Below, in pieces: positions 56,891 to 64,000 of a stretch of 64,000 nucleotides of DNA; position 1 is the first letter of the stretch; each line of letters starts with the position of its first letter. The notes beneath the pieces were generated by a model that saw only the letters and a list, made by a program, of their open reading frames with translations, ran no database searches and was not told where the DNA came from. The translations under genes and the position numbers were made by a program. This stretch comes from a virus. Taxonomy: Duplodnaviria; Caudoviricetes. The stretch spans positions 828 to 64,827 of IMG/VR virus record IMGVR_UViG_3300035698_027145. One strand, written 5' to 3'.

Positions 56891-57845
56891 TAAATATAAA
56901 AAAACATCTTTGGTGACAGGAGGTGCTGGATTTCTTGGTTCTCACTTATGTTCTGCTCTCCTATTAAAGAATCGAAACGTTATTTGTCTTGATAATTTTT
57001 CTTCAGGTAAAAAAGAAAACATAAAAGAACTTTTATCTTCTGACAGTTTTGAATTAATAAGACATGACATATGTGATGATATCAGCTTAGAAGTTGATGA
57101 GATATATAATTTAGCTTGTCCAGCTTCTCCTCCTTACTATCAGATTGACCCTGTTAGGACAGTTAAGGCCAACGTGCATGGAGCTATAAACGTTTTAGAA
57201 CTAGCCAAAAAAACCAAGGCTATAGTTTTGCAAGCCTCTACCAGCGAAATCTACGGAAGCCCTCTTGTTCATCCTCAAACAGAAGACTATTGGGGGAACG
57301 TTAATCCTATTGGCACAAGGTCTTGTTATGATGAAGGCAAACGATGTGCTGAGACTTTATTTTTCGACTATCATAGACAGTATAATGTAGACATAAGAGT
57401 TGCTAGAATTTTTAATACTTATGGTCCTAATATGTTCTTTGAAGATGGTAGGGTTGTAAGCAACTTTATCGTTCAGTCTTTGTTAGGGAAAGATATTACT
57501 GTTTATGGAGGAGGAAATCAGACTAGAAGTTTTTGTTATGTAAGTGATCTTATCTATGGTCTTATTAGTCTTATGGATGCCAATATTGCTGATCCTTGTC
57601 CTATTAATATTGGGAACCCTATAGAAATAACTATTTTAGAGCTAGCTGAAAAGATAAAAGAGATAACTGGCTCTAGCTCAAAAATTATTCATAAAGGTTT
57701 GCCTAAAGACGATCCTGAAAGAAGAAGCCCTAATATAGAAAAGGCAAATAGCCTTTTGGATTGGAAGCCACAAATTGGATTAGATGAAGGCTTGGCTAAA
57801 ACAGTAAAATATTTTAAACAATTAATAGATTATTATTATGAATAA
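56874..57845 (+). CDS. uxs: UDP-glucuronate decarboxylase (UDP-xylose synthase)
   Basis: [62 protein letters not shown]. Confidence 0.93.
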   Translation: MEVLNSKYKKTSLVTGGAGFLGSHLCSALLLKNRNVICLDNFSSGKKENIKELLSSDSFELIRHDICDDISLEVDEIYNLACPASPPYYQIDPVRTVKANVHGAINVLELAKKTKAIVLQASTSEIYGSPLVHPQTEDYWGNVNPIGTRSCYDEGKRCAETLFFDYHRQYNVDIRVARIFNTYGPNMFFEDGRVVSNFIVQSLLGKDITVYGGGNQTRSFCYVSDLIYGLISLMDANIADPCPINIGNPIEITILELAEKIKEITGSSSKIIHKGLPKDDPERRSPNIEKANSLLDWKPQIGLDEGLAKTVKYFKQLIDYYYE

Positions 57846-58818
57846 ATCTTATACCGTATACCCTATTTATAAAAATGGAAACAAAAACGATAACTCAAAT
57901 TCAGATTTTAGTTGTGTCGGAAGGAGATGGGTTAGGGATGTATCTAATTATTTGAAAAGCAATGGATATGAGCTTTTTAGAAAAAATAGATCAGAGTTTA
58001 ATATAGAAGGTAGAAATCTTACAGATTTTCGTAGTAGATTTAACGACTTGCGTAGTAGGTATAATATTTTTCAAAACAACGATACGAAACAATTTTTTAT
58101 TATTGATCCTTGTGACTTATACGATGATTTAGAGGAAGATATTGTTTCTCATTCTCTTTGTGTAGGCGTTTTAAAGTGCCAGTATCGCAAAGGGTCTTAT
58201 AAAAAATATGAAGAAAAAGTATCTCCTTTCACATATAGAGCGCCAAGATTTGATAAGTGTGTCAAACCTATTGAAATCATTTCTGATAAAGATAGGTATA
58301 TAAATCAGATGTATTTTAAAGGAGATCATCAGCATGGTCGAGGAGTCATTTTAAAATATATGGACAAGATGGGTATTATTAATAAAGATCATGGAATTAA
58401 CAAAGATCGTGGAATTAAAAATAAAAATAAAAGATTGCCTTTTGAAAAGTATATAGAAGAAATGAAGAAAAGAAAAATAGCTTTATCATTGCCAGGAAGG
58501 GGTAATTTTTGCCATAGAGAGTTGGAGGCTTTTAAGATAGGAGTTCCTGTTCTTATGCCAGTTTTAAGGAACCAATATTACAATAATCTTGTTCCTAATA
58601 AGCATTATATATCGGTAGACACAACGGCAGAGGCAAAAGAATTACCTGTTATGATAAGGGATAGATATGAAGAAGTAATAGATGAAGACGATTTTTTAAA
58701 TTATATTTCTAAGAATGCTTTAGAATGGTTTAAGGACAATGTAGAATACCCTTCCAATATAAGGTTAATGGAAAAGATTTTATTAGATAGATTTGATTAC
58801 AATCTGATAGAGGAGTAG
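57838..58818 (+). CDS. Exostosin(GT47)/GT90-like glycosyltransferase 1
   Basis: [35 protein letters not shown]; I..NA.EWF tail. Confidence 0.68.
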   Translation: MNKSYTVYPIYKNGNKNDNSNSDFSCVGRRWVRDVSNYLKSNGYELFRKNRSEFNIEGRNLTDFRSRFNDLRSRYNIFQNNDTKQFFIIDPCDLYDDLEEDIVSHSLCVGVLKCQYRKGSYKKYEEKVSPFTYRAPRFDKCVKPIEIISDKDRYINQMYFKGDHQHGRGVILKYMDKMGIINKDHGINKDRGIKNKNKRLPFEKYIEEMKKRKIALSLPGRGNFCHRELEAFKIGVPVLMPVLRNQYYNNLVPNKHYISVDTTAEAKELPVMIRDRYEEVIDEDDFLNYISKNALEWFKDNVEYPSNIRLMEKILLDRFDYNLIEE

Positions 58819-58823
58819 GTTTT

Positions 58824-59816
58824 ATGAAAAGATCTTACACGATATATAGAGACATAAAAGTCAGAAGCCATCGTTTTATTGATGATATTAGTAATTATCT
58901 GTGGGGAAAGGGATATGAGATCTTTATCAAAGATATATCTGAGTTCAAACCAAAAATCATCTATCACACTAGTAAATATATTATTATTCAAGCTGATGAT
59001 ACGAAACAATTTTTTGTAATTGATCAATGCGACACTTATAAATATTTAGAAGAAAATGTCGTTTCTCATTCTCTTTGCGCAGGCGTTTTGAAGTGCCAGT
59101 ATCGTAAAGGATCTTATGGAAAGTATGAAGAAAAAGTATCTTCTTTTACATATAAGGTGGGAGGGAATATAAGTTATATTAAATCCTATATAGGCTTATT
59201 ATCGGGAAAAGAATGTCGTTATATAAATCAGATGTATTTTAAGGGATCTGATTTATATAGAGGTCATGTTTTGCAAGAATTGGCAGAAATGGGAGTTGTC
59301 AATAAAGATTATGGATTTCCTAATGATAGCAAATATCCTTTAAGGCTTCATAAAAGAGAATATTTAGAAGAAATGATAAAAAGAAAAATAGTTTTATCAT
59401 TACCTGGAGCAGGCAATTTTTGTCATAGAGAGCTAGAAGGCTTCAAGATAGGGGTTCCTGTCTTAATGCCAGTTTTGGGGAATCAGTATTATAATAAACT
59501 AATCCCTAACAAACATTATATTTCTGTAGATACTGATTTATGCTATAGAGATATTAACATCGGATTTCTTACAGAGTTAGAGGTAAAAGAATTATCTGTT
59601 ATGATAAAGGATAGATATGAAGAAGTAATAGATGATGATGAGTTTTTGGAGTATATCGCTAAGAATGCTTTAAAATGGTTCAAGGATAATGTGGAGTATC
59701 CGTCAAATATGATATTAATGGAAAAGATTTTGTTAGATAGATTTAATTACAAGTTGGACGAAGTAAGGTCTTTAACATTAAAACAAAAAATAAAATTGAC
59801 TAAAGATAAAAGATGA
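58824..59816 (+). CDS. Exostosin-like glycosyltransferase 2
   Basis: Close paralog: [17 protein letters not shown]. Confidence 0.68.
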   Translation: MKRSYTIYRDIKVRSHRFIDDISNYLWGKGYEIFIKDISEFKPKIIYHTSKYIIIQADDTKQFFVIDQCDTYKYLEENVVSHSLCAGVLKCQYRKGSYGKYEEKVSSFTYKVGGNISYIKSYIGLLSGKECRYINQMYFKGSDLYRGHVLQELAEMGVVNKDYGFPNDSKYPLRLHKREYLEEMIKRKIVLSLPGAGNFCHRELEGFKIGVPVLMPVLGNQYYNKLIPNKHYISVDTDLCYRDINIGFLTELEVKELSVMIKDRYEEVIDDDEFLEYIAKNALKWFKDNVEYPSNMILMEKILLDRFNYKLDEVRSLTLKQKIKLTKDKR

Positions 59817-60871
59817 AGAGATCTTATACCATATGCTTTAAAACAAGCGGAAGAGAACTAGAGCCATGGATATACGAAAAGCCAAAGGGAGGTGACAATT
59901 ATTGCGCGGGGAATTATTTTATTAATGACATAAGTAATTATTTGAAGAATAGAGGATATGAGATCTTTCAAAAAGAGATGTCAGAATTTAAACTAGAAAA
60001 TATTGATCATCATAGTAAAAACACTATTTTTCAAAACGATGATACAAAACAATTTTTTATCATTGATACATGGGATGAGGCTGATTATTTAGAAGAAAGT
60101 ATTGTTTCTCACCCTCTTTGTGTTGGAGTTCTTAAGTGTCAGTATCGTAAAGGTTCTTATGGAGATTATGAGGAAAAGATATCTCCTTTTACATATGGAG
60201 TAAAAAGAAAAAAGCCATATCTTACGGCAATAACAACTATGAATGGCATAAGTCAATGTGTGAGTCAGATGTATTTTAAAGGTAGAGAATGGGAAAAGAG
60301 AGGGAGTATTATAAAAAATTTGGTAGATTTTGGTATCGTTAATAAAAATTTTATAAGTGAATCTGAAGATCATAAAGTTCATTCAGGATTGCCTTATATG
60401 GAATATTTAGAAGAAATGAAGAAAAGAAAAATAGCTCTATCATTGCCTGGCTGCGGCAATTTTTGCCATAGAGAGCTAGAAGCTTTTGGAATAGGAACCC
60501 CAGTATTAATGCCAGTTCTAGCAAACCAATATTACAACAATCTCATTCCTAATAAACATTATATATCTGTAGAGGCTGGTTTATTTAGGGAATATAATAA
60601 TTTTAGACATCTTACGGAGTCAGAGGTTAAAGAATTATCTGTTATGATAAGAGATAGGTATGAAGAAGTAATAAATGATGACGAGTTTTTGGAGTATATC
60701 GCTAAGAATGCTTTAAAATGGTTCAAGGATAATGTGGAGTATCCGTCAAATATGATATTAATGGAAAAGATTTTGTTAGATAAAGTTGATTATAAGCTAT
60801 GTGATAGATCTTTGACGTTGAATCAAAAAATAAAATTAGCTAAGAGATCGAGTCGTAATAAGACGATATGA
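59813..60871 (+). CDS. Exostosin-like glycosyltransferase 3
   Basis: Close paralog: [17 protein letters not shown]; 3' DNA nearly identical to paralog 2. Confidence 0.68.
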   Translation: MKRSYTICFKTSGRELEPWIYEKPKGGDNYCAGNYFINDISNYLKNRGYEIFQKEMSEFKLENIDHHSKNTIFQNDDTKQFFIIDTWDEADYLEESIVSHPLCVGVLKCQYRKGSYGDYEEKISPFTYGVKRKKPYLTAITTMNGISQCVSQMYFKGREWEKRGSIIKNLVDFGIVNKNFISESEDHKVHSGLPYMEYLEEMKKRKIALSLPGCGNFCHRELEAFGIGTPVLMPVLANQYYNNLIPNKHYISVEAGLFREYNNFRHLTESEVKELSVMIRDRYEEVINDDEFLEYIAKNALKWFKDNVEYPSNMILMEKILLDKVDYKLCDRSLTLNQKIKLAKRSSRNKTI

Positions 60872-60896
60872 TTAATGATGATTAGGAGTTGTTGTA

Positions 60897-61644
60897 GTGG
60901 AAAGATGGATAGATAAAAAAACGGTTGATTTTAATATATGGATATTAGCCAATCGAAAAACAGGATCTAGCTATCTTGTTTCATTATTGAATTATTATGG
61001 CTTTCTGCCACTCTTTGGGCAGCATATGGGGTCTCCTCATTGGAATAGTAAAGTAGAAAGATTCCCTATTAATAGTAAGGTTTTTCCAGAGCACATGTCT
61101 CTTCGAAACGCAGGAATTTTAGAATTATTAGAAGCAAGGCCTAATACCAAGTTTATTCATCTTTTTAGAATAGATTGGTTGGATCAGTTTGCTTCTTGGT
61201 GTATGAGAACAAAGACAGGCATGGATAAATGTGGAGAAGGTGATATGGCAGAAGAATATGATGATATAATTAATAACCTATCATTTGATCAAGACGAAGA
61301 ATTTTTAAAAAGAAAGTTTTCCATTTTTTATAAAGCGTTATCATTATTGGCCAGAACAAATTAAGAAGCATAATCTTAAGGTTTTAGATGTAGCTTATGA
61401 AGACTTATTATCTGATCCTGAGAAAGAGTTTGAAAGAATTTTGCATTTTATTGGTCCTATTAATGATTCTGCTGATGATTTTATTAATAGAGTTAAGTTT
61501 ACACAAGCATTTTCTTATTCTAATAAGACTCATAGAGTTTTGCATAAAAAATATGAAAGCATATATAGAGATGTGAGAAGATTAATAGAGAATTTAGAGT
61601 GCGTTAAGGAATATAAAAGATTAAATACAGATATGATTGGTTAA
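60897..61644 (+). pseudogene. Stf0-like sulfotransferase split by a +1 frameshift
   Basis: ANRKTGSSYL, IHLFR.DWLDQFASW; removing one T from T6 (61324-61329) restores HYWPEQIKKHNL.VL.V.YEDLLSDP as in the next gene. Confidence 0.75.
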
Positions 61645-63862
61645 AATGTTAAAATCAAAAGATGAATCAAATAGCCCTAACGTATGGATATTATCTAATC
61701 CTAGAACTGGTAGTGGTTTTTTGTGTCATATGTTGAATCAATGCGGACACTTGCCAAAATTTGGAGAAAAGCTTAATAGGTCTAATAAAATAGATAATAC
61801 ATCTATCGTGGAGCGTTATCCTGTTAATAATAAGATTCATTCTCATCAGGCTCAGGATCGCAGAACCGATCTATTTGAATTGATGAAGGTAAGACCTGAT
61901 ACTAAATTTATTCATATTGTTAGAAAGGATTTGATATCTCAGTTTACTTCTTTTTATATAATGATGAAAATAGGCAAGCATAGAGGGCAGCCAGGGACAA
62001 AAGAAAGGGAAAGTTATGACAATTCAATTAATCATTTATCTTTCGATGATAATGAAGAATCTTTTAACAAGTTTTTTAATGATTTTATAAAACAATCTCA
62101 TTATTGGCCAGAACAAATTAAGAAATATAAACTTGCATCTTTAGAAGTAGTTTACGAAGATCTACTATCTAATCCTGAGAGAGAGTTAAAAAGAGTTCTA
62201 TGTTTTTTTGATAAGTTTGTAGACCCAGACAGGGTTAAAAAAATAGCTAATTTATTAAGTAATCCAGATCGAATCTTACACAGAAAATATAGTGATGTAT
62301 ATATAAAGTTAAGAAAATCAATAGAAAATAAGCAGTGCGTAAAATCATGTATATCTAAATTAAGAGATGATGAGAATTCCGAGAGTTGCTTTCCTAATAT
62401 ATATGTGTTATCTACAAAAAGATCGGGTGCTAATTCTTTTTGTAAGTTATTGAACAAACGGGGTGTTAGACCGCGATTTGTCGGGGGGTTTTCGGATGAT
62501 CTTAATACGATAGATTATCCTCTTAATAAGAAACTCTTACCAGATCAAGTATTTCTACGACATATGAGCGTTTCAGAATTATTGGAAGTAAGGCCTAATA
62601 CTAAGTTTATCCATATTGTTAGGAAAGATTGGTTGGCTCAGTTCTCTTCTGTATGCATAACCGAGAAGGTGGGAATGGGTAGATACAATAGCTTAGAAAC
62701 GAAAAAAATATATGATGATAAAATTAACAACATATCTCTTAGTCAGGATAATGAGTTTTTTGAAGCTCAGTTTGTGTCTTTTGTAGAGAGTCGCGAGTTT
62801 TGGCCAGAACAAATTAAGAAACATAATCTTACAGTTTTGGAGGTAGTCTATGAAGACTTATTATCTGATCCTTATAGAGAGATGGAGAGAGTTTTATGTT
62901 TTCTTGGTTTTGCTGTTAATCTTACTACTAGATTAAAGTTAAAGCAAGTGTTTTTTCCCTCTAACGGAGATAATAATGTAATATTAAATAAAGAATATAG
63001 TAGCATATATAGAGAGATGAAGAAATTAGCAGAGAATTCGGAGTGCGTAAAATCGTATAAAGACAATGGTGAATTATTAATAGGTGATCAGATCGAGTGG
63101 TTCCATCAAACAAATAGAGTGGGTTTGGGAGATTTTATAATGGCTACTCCATCACTGAAGCTGTTAAGCGAGAAACTCAATAGGAAAATAAATGTTTATT
63201 TTAATCATAGAGGACTGCCAGACTTATATGCCAACTGTGATTTTATAAATATTCTAAAAGACAAGCCTTCTTATAAACCCTTTGTTACATTTATTCGTCC
63301 AATTAGATTATCTAAGATATCTAACACCGTATCTTTGTGCATAAGATTATTAGGCGAAAAGCCTGATATTATTCCTAACACATACGTTGATACTAATATA
63401 ACTAAAAAGTTAGATAGAGAAGATGGTAAAAAATATGTAGCTGTTATGCATGGCTACGGATGGATAGCAGATCCATGGAGAAAGGATTTAGGTGTAGAAG
63501 TTAGACAATATATATTAGATAGCATAAGGTCTAAGGGAAATGTTCCAGTTATTTTAGGAAGCAGTCTAGATATAGAAAGATTCTGGCATGAGAATGATTT
63601 GTCAGGTTGTATCGACTATTTTGATGATTCTCTAGTTGATACCGCTAGCATACTGTCTCAGTGTGATTATTTTATTTCTAACGATACGGGTTTTTATCAT
63701 CTTGCAGGAGCATTGAAAAAAGAAGGTTTAGTTTTGTGGAAATGGTCTAGATTTTGTGAGCATAAGGCTACTTTTAAAGGGATAGAGTATTGTAAAAATT
63801 TTGAAGCTGATATAGATATTTATAAAAAGAGTATTAGAGAATATATAGACAGAAAAGGATAA
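61637..63862 (+). CDS. Fusion of two Stf0-like sulfotransferase domains and a GT9 glycosyltransferase
   Basis: SNPRTGSGFL and STKRSGANSF loops, YEDLLS x2; GLGDFIMATP...FISNDTGFYHLAGAL. Confidence 0.82.
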   Translation: MVKMLKSKDESNSPNVWILSNPRTGSGFLCHMLNQCGHLPKFGEKLNRSNKIDNTSIVERYPVNNKIHSHQAQDRRTDLFELMKVRPDTKFIHIVRKDLISQFTSFYIMMKIGKHRGQPGTKERESYDNSINHLSFDDNEESFNKFFNDFIKQSHYWPEQIKKYKLASLEVVYEDLLSNPERELKRVLCFFDKFVDPDRVKKIANLLSNPDRILHRKYSDVYIKLRKSIENKQCVKSCISKLRDDENSESCFPNIYVLSTKRSGANSFCKLLNKRGVRPRFVGGFSDDLNTIDYPLNKKLLPDQVFLRHMSVSELLEVRPNTKFIHIVRKDWLAQFSSVCITEKVGMGRYNSLETKKIYDDKINNISLSQDNEFFEAQFVSFVESREFWPEQIKKHNLTVLEVVYEDLLSDPYREMERVLCFLGFAVNLTTRLKLKQVFFPSNGDNNVILNKEYSSIYREMKKLAENSECVKSYKDNGELLIGDQIEWFHQTNRVGLGDFIMATPSLKLLSEKLNRKINVYFNHRGLPDLYANCDFINILKDKPSYKPFVTFIRPIRLSKISNTVSLCIRLLGEKPDIIPNTYVDTNITKKLDREDGKKYVAVMHGYGWIADPWRKDLGVEVRQYILDSIRSKGNVPVILGSSLDIERFWHENDLSGCIDYFDDSLVDTASILSQCDYFISNDTGFYHLAGALKKEGLVLWKWSRFCEHKATFKGIEYCKNFEADIDIYKKSIREYIDRKG

Positions 63863-63864
63863 TC

Positions 63865-64000
63865 ATGGGAGATCCTATTAAGTGGTTTCATCAAACAAAT
63901 AAAGTAGGTCTTGGCAATTTTATAATAGCAACTCCAGCTTTACAGTTGTTAAGCGAGAAGAATAATGAGAAAATAAATGTTTATTTTGATCATAAAGGCA
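63865..64000 (+). CDS. GT9 glycosyltransferase paralog (cut by window edge)
   Basis: MGDPIKWFHQTNKVGLGNFIIATPALQLLSEK matches the upstream GT9 domain. Confidence 0.8.
   Translation, partial: MGDPIKWFHQTNKVGLGNFIIATPALQLLSEKNNEKINVYFDHKG

Noticed and set aside
57838-60871. Diversity-generating retroelement (near-identical 3' segments of the GT genes)
   Set aside because: No reverse transcriptase in the window, and both copies are coding parts of full-length paralogs; tandem duplication or gene conversion suffices.
4106-63066. All minus-strand ORFs in the track, and short alternate-frame plus-strand ORFs nested in long genes
   Set aside because: They are shadows of longer + strand genes, are low-complexity, and lack SD sequences or recognisable motifs.
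1-64000. Stop-codon reassignment as in some large phages
   Set aside because: Long genes are intact in code 11, and TAA, TAG and TGA all end genes followed directly by new starts.

Overview
A 64 kb, AT-rich segment of a large tailed dsDNA phage (Caudoviricetes, probably jumbo-sized). All credible genes are on the + strand and use the standard genetic code. It holds the end of a dUTPase, an HNH endonuclease, two metallophosphoesterase-LamG proteins and the large terminase. The extended head module has an intein-containing portal fused to a Vsr/DUF559-like nuclease, an intein-containing prohead protease/scaffold, a decoration protein and an HK97-fold major capsid protein (MCP). Further on are LAGLIDADG homing endonucleases, an Acb1-like 2H phosphoesterase, a fibre gene with traces of a tip swap, a subtilisin, a neck protein, small accessory genes and a glycan cluster (UDP-xylose synthase, three exostosin-like GTs, sulfotransferases, GT9s). 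The most unusual signals are: (1) short peptide tags on unrelated proteins, namely N-terminal MKIIxTANY and MNWYK leaders tied to a pervasive K-x-A putative maturation site (a candidate capsid cargo-loading system) and a C-terminal RFEILDL tag; (2) two stand-alone copies of the MCP axial domain, possibly decoys; (3) a structured repeat-hairpin ncRNA beside the Acb1-like gene; (4) a recurrent [N/D]PS motif in virion proteins alongside a sulfated-glycan pathway; (5) a 15-copy AGG[A/T]-N17-nAA[T/A] promoter that yields leaderless mRNAs and nested scaffold genes. All assignments come from motif recognition by eye; no searches were run.
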